Of a stretch of DNA of 34,635 nt, positions 24,905-33,038 are shown in pieces (position 1 is the first letter of the stretch; each line of letters opens with the position of its first letter). The stretch is from the IMG/VR virus record IMGVR_UViG_3300045988_077051; one strand, written 5' to 3'. Both the position numbers and the translations under genes were made by a program. The stretch is from a virus. The notes beneath the pieces were generated by a model. The model was not told the origin of the DNA. It made no database searches and saw nothing but the letters and a program-made list of their open reading frames with translations.

Positions 24905-25195
24905 TTAATAGTTACCATAATGTTCTCTAATCATTCGTCTTTCAACTTCTAAGCCTTCAATTTGGCTCATTATTCTTGCTGATTCTTGTCTTTCATGTGC
25001 TTTTACATAATTTATTTCTTCCGGAAGTGGTCTGAAATAACCTTTGCCATCCTGCATGTTAAGAATTACTGTATCTCTTCTTGCAGCCGCTATCATATCC
25101 CTTATTGCTCTGTCATCGATTCCCGTTCTGCTTCTTAGCTGTGCTCTGGTTACTGCATTCTCCCTTCCGAATGGAATGTAATCCACTATATCCAT
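24905..25195 (-). CDS. Hypothetical winged-helix-like protein
   Basis: 96 aa, ...AVTRAQLRSRTGIDDRAIRDMIAAARRD... suggests a wHTH. Confidence 0.45.
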   Translation of the reverse strand: MDIVDYIPFGRENAVTRAQLRSRTGIDDRAIRDMIAAARRDTVILNMQDGKGYFRPLPEEINYVKAHERQESARIMSQIEGLEVERRMIREHYGNY

Positions 25196-25207
25196 AGGCT
25201 TGTCCTC

Positions 25208-26176
25208 CTATTGGAAGAATGACTGTTGCACTGCCTGAGCTGTTGTCTGTGTCTGTGGCTGTGACTCTGCTTCCACCTGAACATCTGCAACTTCTTCATT
25301 TTCCACATTCTGAACTTCTTCTGCAGAGCCTTCAACAATCATTCCATCATCCATTTCAACATAATCTTTAGTTCCATCCGAATTGATAACTGCCATGTCA
25401 CTATCAAGTGCTGTCTGCATATCAATACTCATTACACCCCATTTGCTAATAAGCTGTCTAAGCATTGTCTTATATGCCATACCGTCAAAATCTTTATACC
25501 AGAAGCTACTGTATTTCCACATATCGCTTTCAGGAACTTTCCCTGCTTCATAATCAGCATAAGATACCTTTGGATATCTTCCGCCTGTTGCGTTTAAACT
25601 AAATGCCTGACTATATTTGTCAGCATGAGCAAGCATCTTTTCCTTTGACCAGTACATTGCTTTCCTGAATCCGTTTGTATATTCAAACATTGCATAATAT
25701 CCTATTGTTTTTGCTTTTTCTCTTTCTGATTCATCAGCAATTAACTTAACTTCTATTTCTTCATCCAAAGGATTAAAATTAATTAATTCACCTTCCTTAA
25801 TTGCAAGTACATTCAACTTTTTATACTGTCCTGATCTAATTGCAAGCTGAATGTAACCTTTATATCCAAGCTGGAACTGTGCTTCTTTGCATTTCTTCTT
25901 ACTGTTATTGAACGGAACCATGTAATACTGTCCTAACTGTGGACTTGGTGAAAGCTTAAGGCTCTCACCTAAAAGTGCTGAACTTAATATCGATGCATTT
26001 GTACATTCCTGCAATGCAGGATTTGCATTTACTGCACTTATAATTGATGAAATAAAACGTGGTCCATTCTTTCCACCAATAATGCTATTAATCTGATTTT
26101 TAACAGCATCATTAGAAAGATATGCTGTTAATGATGTTTTCTGCTGACTTTTTGATAAACTGTTTGATACTGCCAT
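25208..26176 (-). CDS. recT: RecT-family single-strand annealing protein
   Basis: …LKLSPSPQLGQYYMVPFNN…GYKGYIQLAIRSGQYK… are typical RecT motifs. Flanked by DUF1351 and YqaJ exonuclease genes. Confidence 0.85.
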   Translation of the reverse strand: MAVSNSLSKSQQKTSLTAYLSNDAVKNQINSIIGGKNGPRFISSIISAVNANPALQECTNASILSSALLGESLKLSPSPQLGQYYMVPFNNSKKKCKEAQFQLGYKGYIQLAIRSGQYKKLNVLAIKEGELINFNPLDEEIEVKLIADESEREKAKTIGYYAMFEYTNGFRKAMYWSKEKMLAHADKYSQAFSLNATGGRYPKVSYADYEAGKVPESDMWKYSSFWYKDFDGMAYKTMLRQLISKWGVMSIDMQTALDSDMAVINSDGTKDYVEMDDGMIVEGSAEEVQNVENEEVADVQVEAESQPQTQTTAQAVQQSFFQ

Positions 26177-26189
26177 TTACTTTTCCTCC

Positions 26190-27092
26190 CTATTTCACTG
26201 GTCCAAATTCTATATTGTTGCTCTTCAAATAATTCTTTAATCCTTCAAGCTGAGTTGCTGTTGCTCTTACTCTAAAGTCAAGTTCAATCAATTCTTCCGT
26301 GAAAGTTTCTACTGCTTTTACTGCTTCTGTAGCTGCAGTTTCTTCCTCTTCTTTACTTTCATTAGTCTGAATCTTTCCAGCATCGGCAACACTTTCAGCT
26401 TCTGCTCTTTCTCTTTCTTTACGTGCTTCCATTTCTGCCTGTCTCTTTGCTTCATATTCAGCTTTTCTTCTCGCATTTTCTTCAAATCTCTGCTTGACTG
26501 TCAGAGCATCTGTCATACTGAAGTTTTTAAGATACTCTTCTTTCATTTCAAACTGATATTCACCATCATCATTGTTAATAATGTTAAGTTCATTTGTTAC
26601 TCTTTCAAGTAACTCTGTCATTTCCGCTTTTATGCTTTTAAGGGTTGTTGTCGCGTTAAGATATGTAGGCTTAAATACCTTGTCCCATGTTAAGATTGAT
26701 AACAAATCACTATCGCCAAATATTCCATCGTAAATTTCCTGAACCTTTACGAGTTTTTCATCTCTCTTTTTCTGCTCATAAGCCTTTACCTGACTGTCAA
26801 TGTTGTTGTTTGCTTCTCCAATGATTCCAATTAGTTCCTTTACCTGACTTTCAAATTCTGTATATGGCTCAAGCATCATCTTTTTAACGTCTTTTCTTTT
26901 GGTATCTAAAACCTTTATGAATTTGTTAAGATTTGCTCTGTCTGATTTTGCATCTTTTATGTTATCGTCTGTGTATACAAGAGTTTTATAATCATTTGCT
27001 CTTGTTGTTATTTCCTGCTTTAATTCCTCATAATTCCAATCTATCTTTTTGATTGCATTTTCATCTGTTGGATTATAAATCTGTAATTCCAT
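26190..27092 (-). CDS. DUF1351 protein (RecT-associated)
   Basis: 300-aa helical protein, MELQIYNPTDENAIKKIDWNYEELKQEI..., at the conserved position between the exonuclease and RecT in Firmicute phages. Confidence 0.65.
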   Translation of the reverse strand: MELQIYNPTDENAIKKIDWNYEELKQEITTRANDYKTLVYTDDNIKDAKSDRANLNKFIKVLDTKRKDVKKMMLEPYTEFESQVKELIGIIGEANNNIDSQVKAYEQKKRDEKLVKVQEIYDGIFGDSDLLSILTWDKVFKPTYLNATTTLKSIKAEMTELLERVTNELNIINNDDGEYQFEMKEEYLKNFSMTDALTVKQRFEENARRKAEYEAKRQAEMEARKERERAEAESVADAGKIQTNESKEEEETAATEAVKAVETFTEELIELDFRVRATATQLEGLKNYLKSNNIEFGPVK

Positions 27093-27112
27093 TTTTTCCT
27101 ATTCCTTTCTGT

Positions 27113-27865
27113 TTAAAATTCTGGCATTATTAATGCCGGTCTTGTTTTTGTTTTGACTTTATTAATAAATTCCTGCTCTTTTTTATAAAGAAAGTTAATA
27201 TCTTCCTCAACTTCACTTCGTTCAATATGATAATCTTTAGTAATAAGCCTTATCTCACCATTCCATAAGCTTTTTATCTGTGCTCTTAAAACAACAAATT
27301 GATATTCTGTTACCATAAGATAATGTAAAACCTGTATGTAATAATTATCCGGGATATGTTCCCCGTCCCACTTTTCTTTATGGATTGAACTAAACAGCTC
27401 TGTTGTCTTACATTCAAAGATTCCTTTTCTTCCGGATTCAACTTCTGTCAGTTCTCCATCAAGCGATGCATGTGCAAATGGATATTTATCATTAAGAAGC
27501 ATGTTGTCACCGAAGTATTCAACCTTATATTCCGGATGGTCTAATGCAAATATTGCCCTTATGTGTTCTTCTGCCTTACTTCCATATATGACATACGGTC
27601 TGTCCGATATATCTATTGAAACTCTAAGACCTACCATTTCTTCCCAAAACTCCTCGTTAGTCTTGTATGGGTTAAGTCCCAATACTGCTGCCGCATCTGA
27701 ACCACCTATTTTGCCTTTTCGTGCATCGAGCCATTCAGCCTTAGTTGCATATTGAACTCTTCTTATATGGATATGTTCATTTTGTTCCAATAAACAATCA
27801 CACTTTTCTCCAGGGTCTAACGTTGCTCCGCAGTTAGGACATTCGTTGTAATACATATCCTGCAC
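27113..27865 (-). CDS. YqaJ-like (lambda Exo-type) exonuclease with N-terminal zinc ribbon
   Basis: CPNCGATLDPGEKCDC, then KIGGSDAAAVLGLNPYKT (YqaJ signature) and PD-(D/E)xK-like motifs. Confidence 0.8.
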   Translation of the reverse strand: MQDMYYNECPNCGATLDPGEKCDCLLEQNEHIHIRRVQYATKAEWLDARKGKIGGSDAAAVLGLNPYKTNEEFWEEMVGLRVSIDISDRPYVIYGSKAEEHIRAIFALDHPEYKVEYFGDNMLLNDKYPFAHASLDGELTEVESGRKGIFECKTTELFSSIHKEKWDGEHIPDNYYIQVLHYLMVTEYQFVVLRAQIKSLWNGEIRLITKDYHIERSEVEEDINFLYKKEQEFINKVKTKTRPALIMPEF

Positions 27866-28183
27866 CTACTTTCTGCAACGCAGCCACACATCAAATGCAA
27901 ATAGTCCATATATGATAATTGCTCCAATTGTTATAATTGCTGCTATCTTATTTACATTTCCAATAGCAATCCATTTGTTATTGCTTAATACTGCACATAT
28001 TAAAACTGCAATCACAACATCTTTAACCAAATGTAGGTCCCATGCAATATCTTCTAATTTGGACTTTTTAGCCTTTTGACTATTTTCTTTAATTGGTATA
28101 AAATAAAACTGTAATATTAATTTTAGAGTGCCTATTGGAACTTCCACTTCCACGGGCATTCTTTTTTCTTGTACGTCTATCAT
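27866..28183 (-). CDS. Early-operon membrane protein (two C-terminal TM segments)
   Basis: 105 aa. VVIAVLICAVLS and IAAIITIGAIIIYGLFAF are hydrophobic. ATGA overlap with the upstream gene. Confidence 0.5.
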   Translation of the reverse strand: MIDVQEKRMPVEVEVPIGTLKLILQFYFIPIKENSQKAKKSKLEDIAWDLHLVKDVVIAVLICAVLSNNKWIAIGNVNKIAAIITIGAIIIYGLFAFDVWLRCRK

Positions 28184-28416
28184 TTTTTTATAATCTCCTT
28201 ATTATCTAGTTCTTTAATGTTCTCTGGATCCGTCAAATCTTTTCCCTCGCAGTTTTCGAGGAATTTCTCTAATGCAACTTTTCTGCATTTATATGAACCT
28301 AACTTCATAAACGGAAGTAGTCCTGCTTTTCTCAATGAATGAACATATCCAACATTGCATTTAAGTATCTGAGCTACCTCTGATACTGTGTATAACATTT
28401 CTGTCATCTTTCTCAC
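28180..28416 (-). CDS. Excisionase-family / MerR-like HTH protein
   Basis: MLYTVSEVAQILKCNVGYVHSLRKAGLLPFMKLG is a typical HTH_17 pattern. Confidence 0.6.
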   Translation of the reverse strand: MRKMTEMLYTVSEVAQILKCNVGYVHSLRKAGLLPFMKLGSYKCRKVALEKFLENCEGKDLTDPENIKELDNKEIIKK

Positions 28417-28419
28417 CTC

Positions 28420-28620
28420 CTATTCTTGGTTTACTTGAAAATAAATATCGTCAAACTTTACTCCAAATAAATTTGCTACTTTTACAGCATTTCGTGCCTT
28501 TACCATACCAAAATCCGCTTCCCAGGCATTATATGTTTGTACTGATACTCCCAGTTTTTCTGCAGTTTCTAACTGACTTAACCCCTTTCTTGCACGAAGT
28601 TCTTTTAACGAATATGTCAT
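28420..28620 (-). CDS. XRE-family HTH protein (Cro-like)
   Basis: LKELRARKGLSQLETAEKLGVSVQTYNAWE is the canonical XRE HTH. Confidence 0.75.
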   Translation of the reverse strand: MTYSLKELRARKGLSQLETAEKLGVSVQTYNAWEADFGMVKARNAVKVANLFGVKFDDIYFQVNQE

Positions 28621-28683
28621 CAGTAATTTCTCCTTTCTTGCAATTCTTATTCTGTTTTGAATAAATATTGAGCTTTTACATTT

Positions 28684-28700
28684 GTGTCTTTTTAAGACAC
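28684..28700. promoter_or_regulatory. Operator, perfect 17-bp palindrome GTGTCTTTTTAAGACAC (distal site)
   Basis: Identical to 28932-28948. It overlaps the stop codon of the MOR-like gene. Confidence 0.7.
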
Positions 28701-28910
28701 GTTTTCTTCAAAAAAAATTTCGTCTATATCTTTAGCAGATAATTTATATCTTTCCTTAATAAGACGAATTTCTCTTTGTGTAAATTCTGCTCCCCTTGTT
28801 CCATTAATTTTATTTGAAAATGTTTGGCGAGCAATTCCTAAATAATCAGATAATGTCTGACCATTATCTCTATTAAGATGCATAATAGCTCCTAACTTGT
28901 ACTTATTCAT
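28692..28910 (-). CDS. MOR/Cro-like small HTH regulator (DUF739 style)
   Basis: 72 aa, first gene of the rightward (lytic) operon. ...QTLSDYLGIARQTFSNKINGTRG...DIDEIFF resembles TP901-1 MOR-type proteins. Confidence 0.6.
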   Translation of the reverse strand: MNKYKLGAIMHLNRDNGQTLSDYLGIARQTFSNKINGTRGAEFTQREIRLIKERYKLSAKDIDEIFFEENVS

Positions 28911-28931
28911 TATAGCGTACCACTCCTTTCT

Positions 28932-28948
28932 GTGTCTTTTTAAGACAC
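28932..28948. promoter_or_regulatory. Operator, perfect 17-bp palindrome GTGTCTTTTTAAGACAC
   Basis: Located just downstream of the lytic -10, around the predicted transcription start. Confidence 0.75.
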
Positions 28949-28952
28949 TTTT

Positions 28953-28981
28953 AATTTATCATTTTCATTTGCCATTGTCAA
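28953..28981 (-). promoter_or_regulatory. Lytic promoter TTGACA-17-TAAATT
   Basis: Minus strand TTGACA (28981-28976), 17-nt spacer, TAAATT (28958-28953). Confidence 0.6.
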
Positions 28982-28989
28982 CAGTTTTT

Positions 28990-29006
28990 TAATCTTTTTA
29001 AGACAC
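28990..29006. promoter_or_regulatory. Operator variant TAATCTTTTTAAGACAC (one good half-site)
   Basis: Shares TTTTTAAGACAC with the perfect palindromes. Confidence 0.55.
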
Positions 29007-29021
29007 TTTTCAATATAATTA

Positions 29022-29050
29022 TTGCATTTTTTAGTAAATTGTAGTATATT
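29022..29050 (+). promoter_or_regulatory. Lysogenic promoter TTGCAT-17-TATATT
   Basis: Plus strand, upstream of the repressor RBS TAAGGAGGTG. Confidence 0.55.
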
Positions 29051-29058
29051 TAAGACAC
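29042..29058. promoter_or_regulatory. Operator half-site TTTAAGACAC overlapping the repressor promoter -10
   Basis: Fourth occurrence of TTTAAGACAC in the switch region. Confidence 0.5.
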
Positions 29059-29076
29059 TTTAAGGAGGTGTTTTAA

Positions 29077-29580
29077 ATGTGTTTAATGTCAAAAAGAATT
29101 AAAGAATGTAGATTAAACAGTCATTTAACCCAGGAAGAACTAGCCAATAAGCTGGGATTAAAAAAATCTGCTATTGCCAAATATGAAAATGGCAGAGTTG
29201 AAAATATAAAAAGAAATATCATTGAAGAAATGTCAAAAATTTTTTCTGTTAAACCTTCTTATCTTATGGGATGGTCCGACCTTCCTAATGGTAATATCTT
29301 AGGAAGCGAATTGAAGAAAATTATTTCAGAGGTATCATACGAGACAAACATTCCATATTCAGAAGTTGTTCAATTAATCTTTGACCCTAATTCAATTGTG
29401 CCTGAAGAAATGAACATTTTAAATAAAGATAACATTATAAAATTAATAAAAAGTCGCTATAACGACCATTTAGCTGGGCCTAATGTTTTAGCTGCACACT
29501 TTGATGGAGATGAATATACCGATGAAGAATTAGAAGAAGTTCGTCAGTTTGCTGAATTTGTAAAAAACAGAAGAAAATAA
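29077..29580 (+). CDS. CI-like repressor (XRE HTH + C-terminal domain)
   Basis: IKECRLNSHLTQEELANKLGLKKSAIAKYENG, transcribed divergently from the lytic operon. Confidence 0.8.
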   Translation: MCLMSKRIKECRLNSHLTQEELANKLGLKKSAIAKYENGRVENIKRNIIEEMSKIFSVKPSYLMGWSDLPNGNILGSELKKIISEVSYETNIPYSEVVQLIFDPNSIVPEEMNILNKDNIIKLIKSRYNDHLAGPNVLAAHFDGDEYTDEELEEVRQFAEFVKNRRK

Positions 29581-29637
29581 TATTGTGTACTTTTTATTGG
29601 GCAGTAATAAAAATATACTTTAGGGGGAGGTGTTACT

Positions 29638-30117
29638 ATGAACAAATACGAATATTTAAAAAATGAAGCCTGTAATAGTGGTATAGACGTTATAGATGAT
29701 TACAAATTTAACAGTTCAAAATTTAAAGGATTATATTGTGACGGAACTATTGCAATAAGTTCCAACATTAATACTTCTGTCGAAAAAAGTTGTATACTTG
29801 CTGAAGAAATTGGACATCACAACACAACTATTGGAAATATTATTGATATGAATTGTGGTTCTAATCAAAAACAAGAACTTCAAGCTCGCCTATATGGATA
29901 TAACAAATTAATAGGCCTTCAAGGATTAATTAATGCATTTGAGCACAATTGTACAAATCTTTATGAGACAGCTGAATTTTTGGACGTAACAGAAGAATTT
30001 CTTCTTGATACAATCAAGGCTTATCAAGCCAAATACGGTAACTACAAAACGTTTAATGATTATGTAATAATGTTCAATTATCCGAATGTTAACATAATGA
30101 AATTCAATAGGAGGTAA
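29638..30117 (+). CDS. ImmA/IrrE-like metallopeptidase-fold protein with non-canonical motif
   Basis: ...GTIAISSNINTSVEKSCILAEEIGHHNTT... The expected HExxH position reads EEIGH (first His replaced by Glu). It is immediately downstream of the repressor. Confidence 0.6.
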   Translation: MNKYEYLKNEACNSGIDVIDDYKFNSSKFKGLYCDGTIAISSNINTSVEKSCILAEEIGHHNTTIGNIIDMNCGSNQKQELQARLYGYNKLIGLQGLINAFEHNCTNLYETAEFLDVTEEFLLDTIKAYQAKYGNYKTFNDYVIMFNYPNVNIMKFNRR

Positions 30118-30122
30118 TTTCT

Positions 30123-30803
30123 ATGGTAAAGAAGAAAAATTTTTCACTACTACTCATCACTGCTTTAATAACAACTAATGTTATGAGCGCTAATATTTAC
30201 GCAGATACTAAACTTAATAGCAATTATATTACTACATGCCCAACTCAAAAAATAAAATTAAAACTAACCGGTACAAACCAAAAAGGTAAATGGGTATCAA
30301 ACAACAAAAAAGTTGCTACGGTTACAAATGATGGAAAAATCAAAATTATTAAAAAAGGTAAAGCTACTATAACTGTTAGATGTAATAAAAAATCATACAA
30401 TTGCAAATTAGTAGTTTGGGATAGTGACAAAATTTATAAGAGACTTCAAAAATTATATAATTCTTTTGATTCTGTAAATAGCCAGACTATTGATATATAT
30501 TCAGTTGAGTCAATTGATAAGAATTTAAAACAGATTGATAATCTCACAAGGAAAGATGCTAAATTTGTAAATTCGCTATCAGGCAAGAAATATAAAACAT
30601 TCAAAGCAGCTTATGAGAAAACAATTTCAGAATTTAATACTATTTCTCAAACACTTACAGCATGGCGCGAATATTATACATCTGCTGATTATGAACAATA
30701 TAGCGATAAATACAATGAATTAACTGATTTGTACGATGATAATTTATATTCTTTATGGTCTGCTAAATTAGAAATTTACAGTGCATTATTTGATGCACAA
30801 TAA
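30123..30803 (+). CDS. Secreted Big_2 (bacterial Ig-like) domain protein
   Basis: Signal peptide MVKKKNFSLLLITALITTNVMSANIYA, then KIKLKLTGTNQKGKWVSNNKKVATVTNDGKIKIIKKGKATITV (Big_2 pattern) and a helical C-terminal half. Its RBS TAGGAGGT overlaps the ImmA-like stop. Confidence 0.6.
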   Translation: MVKKKNFSLLLITALITTNVMSANIYADTKLNSNYITTCPTQKIKLKLTGTNQKGKWVSNNKKVATVTNDGKIKIIKKGKATITVRCNKKSYNCKLVVWDSDKIYKRLQKLYNSFDSVNSQTIDIYSVESIDKNLKQIDNLTRKDAKFVNSLSGKKYKTFKAAYEKTISEFNTISQTLTAWREYYTSADYEQYSDKYNELTDLYDDNLYSLWSAKLEIYSALFDAQ

Positions 30804-30816
30804 ATAATAAAAAGAG

Positions 30817-30917
30817 CCAGCCACTAAGGACCAGCTCCAAGTGATACAATATCACCCTAGACAAGTCATATTGTATCATCTTCGGAGCACCTGGTCAAAT
30901 GCTGGGTGTTATTTTTG
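30817..30917 (+). promoter_or_regulatory. Long multi-segment hairpin followed by a T-run (terminator/attenuator between the lysogeny operon and int)
   Basis: Pairings seen: CCAGC/GCTGG, GACCAG/CTGGTC, CTCC/GGAG, AAG/CTT, TGATACAATAT/ATATTGTATCA, with a 15-nt loop, then GTGTTATTTTTG. Confidence 0.5.
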
Positions 30918-30950
30918 TACCCTTTTTTAAGGGAAGAAAGGAGATATACT

Positions 30951-32174
30951 ATGGCTACACTAAACATTCGAAAAAGAGGAAACACATGGGAATGGAGATT
31001 CGAAAAGGCATCAATAGGTGGAAAACGTCAGCAAGCATCAAAAGGCGGTTATAAAACAAAAGCCGAAGCTGCAAAAGAAGGTACTAAAGCTCTAAATGAA
31101 TATTACAATACTGGTCGAACATTTGATAACAACGAAATGTCGGTAGCTGACTATTTAGATTATTGGTTAGAAAATGTAATTAAGCAAAATATAGGAACAA
31201 ACTATACTATGAATACTTACAGAGACTATGAATCTAAAATCAGGATTCATTTAAAACCTGCCTTTGGAGAATACAGATTGGGGTCATTCCAATTTGCTCC
31301 AGACAAGGTACAGGAATGGATTGATAAAATGAAAACAAATGGATATGCAAAATCTATGGTATCAAACACATTAGCTTGTCTAAGCGGTGCAATGAATTAT
31401 GCCGTTGTTCCACTTAATTACATACAATCAAACCCTTGTATCTATGTAAAAGTTGGCAAAATGCCTATAAATAAAAGAGCTAAAGAAAAGAACGAGTACA
31501 TCTTGTCTCGAGAAGACTATAATCAAATTCTCGAAAGATTTCCAGAATCATCAAACTTTTATCTTTCATTACTCGTGCCATACAATACCGGCACACGAAT
31601 AAGCGAAACCTTCGGAATTGATTTATATAAGGATGTGGATTTTGTTAATCATACACTTACTATTTCTCAACAAATATATAAGGAAGGTGGGCAATGGTTT
31701 TATCGTCCACCAAAATATGATAGCTATAGAACAATCAAGATTGGACAAACTTTAGAAAAAGCCTTGAAATCTGAAATACTCAATAGAAAGAAAATAATGT
31801 TACAATATGGTCAATATTTTACTAAAACATATGTCACAGACAAGCATCAACTTATACAATTACCAGCAAATGTTAATGTTCCATATAGAGAAGTTATGCC
31901 ATTGTGCGTAAAAGAAAATGGTGAATTATTGACACCTGACAGTTTTAAATACTGTGCAAAAGTAATCCATCACGAATTGGACAATCCTCTTTTTCATTCT
32001 CATTGTTTGAGACATACACACGGAACTATTTTAGCTGAAAATGGAGTAAATCCCAAAACTGTAATGGAACGACTTGGACATAAAGATATACAAACTACCC
32101 TCCAGACATACACATTTAATACAGATAAAATGATGTCCAATGCTGTTGATATTTTTGAATCAGCAGCTAACTAA
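30951..32174 (+). CDS. int: Tyrosine integrase with N-terminal arm-binding domain
   Basis: The start is moved to ATG 30951 (RBS GAAAGGAG). MATLNIRKRGNTWEWRF... is arm-binding-type. HCLRHTHGT and LGHKDIQTTLQTYTF are catalytic boxes. Confidence 0.9.
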   Translation: MATLNIRKRGNTWEWRFEKASIGGKRQQASKGGYKTKAEAAKEGTKALNEYYNTGRTFDNNEMSVADYLDYWLENVIKQNIGTNYTMNTYRDYESKIRIHLKPAFGEYRLGSFQFAPDKVQEWIDKMKTNGYAKSMVSNTLACLSGAMNYAVVPLNYIQSNPCIYVKVGKMPINKRAKEKNEYILSREDYNQILERFPESSNFYLSLLVPYNTGTRISETFGIDLYKDVDFVNHTLTISQQIYKEGGQWFYRPPKYDSYRTIKIGQTLEKALKSEILNRKKIMLQYGQYFTKTYVTDKHQLIQLPANVNVPYREVMPLCVKENGELLTPDSFKYCAKVIHHELDNPLFHSHCLRHTHGTILAENGVNPKTVMERLGHKDIQTTLQTYTFNTDKMMSNAVDIFESAAN

Positions 32175-32467
32175 TTTGTCCACGAATAAAATTTCCGTGG
32201 ACAAGAGGTGGACAAATCAAACAATTTCCCACTTCATATCCACGGAAACCCTTTATTTATCGGCTAAGTAGTGCCACTGTTTCCACATGCACAGTATCTT
32301 TTTCGTTTTTTGCTTTATATATTTTCTTATTATTTATTATGATTCTTTTATAATCTTTTGCCTTTAGATAAAGGAGATATTATTACTTTTACTTATTTTT
32401 TTTAATTTAAAATATTATATCATAACTTATATTTCGTGGGCAAGATGTGGACATTGTCCACGAAAAT
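32175..32467. other. attP-like region: clustered GTGGACA/TGTCCAC arm-type repeats flanking an AT-rich core
   Basis: ttgtccacg 32176-84, cgtggacaa 32196-204, gtggacaa 32208-15, tccacg 32239-44, cgtgggcaa 32435-43, GTGGACA-T-TGTCCAC 32447-61. Confidence 0.65.
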
Positions 32468-32495
32468 ATAAAAAAGGGAGCACCAAAGTACTCCC
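32464..32495 (-). terminator. Intrinsic terminator after the lysis cassette
   Basis: Minus RNA GGGAGUAC-UUUG-GUGCUCCC followed by UUUUUUAUAUUUU. Confidence 0.75.
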
Positions 32496-32516
32496 CATTA
32501 GTCAGTCCCTGTTCAC

Positions 32517-33035
32517 TTATTCGCCAATTGCCTTTTTAAATTTCTTCCATACTTTTTCGTTCATCATCGGAGCCGGGCAATGTTTTCCGTTAACGTCAAA
32601 ATGACGTATAACTGTATGTGCATTAGGACAGTATTTGCGAATGTATTTGATTAATCGCTTAACTGCTGCTGCCTGCTCTTTCGTATAAGGTTCTGCTTCT
32701 GTACATCCACATAATTCAATTGAGACTGAATTGTAATTTGTACATTTGCTGTAATACTTTCCACCGCCTGTAGCTTTACAATCATTGTATTTTCCACCTC
32801 CGACTGCCCATGCTGTTCTGTTCATTGGAATACTTCTGGCTGTGTTTCCTAACTTATCTACGAAGAAATGTGCTCCGGCAAGTCTTGTGTTTCCTGTAGC
32901 ATAATAATCAGCATTGTTTTTTGCTGTATCGTTGTTGTTGCCTGTATAGTGAATTGGAATATAGAATACATCTTTTCTGTTACGCTTTTTAGGTGCGTAA
33001 CTTATCGACTTAGCCATTCTCTTGTACATCTTCAT
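32517..33035 (-). CDS. Endolysin, N-acetylmuramoyl-L-alanine amidase (Amidase_2/PGRP type), single domain
   Basis: ...IPIHYTGN...AGAHFFVD...SVSIELCG...VIRHFDVNGKHCP... 172 aa, with no room for a separate cell-wall-binding domain. Confidence 0.8.
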   Translation of the reverse strand: MKMYKRMAKSISYAPKKRNRKDVFYIPIHYTGNNNDTAKNNADYYATGNTRLAGAHFFVDKLGNTARSIPMNRTAWAVGGGKYNDCKATGGGKYYSKCTNYNSVSIELCGCTEAEPYTKEQAAAVKRLIKYIRKYCPNAHTVIRHFDVNGKHCPAPMMNEKVWKKFKKAIGE

Positions 33036-33038
33036 ATC

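Noticed and set aside
32175-32516. tRNA or tRNA fragment at the attachment site, and tRNA/rRNA genes elsewhere in the window
   Set aside because: No cloverleaf-compatible segment or T-loop consensus (GGTTCGAATCC-like) was visible by eye. A tRNAscan run would be needed to exclude one formally.
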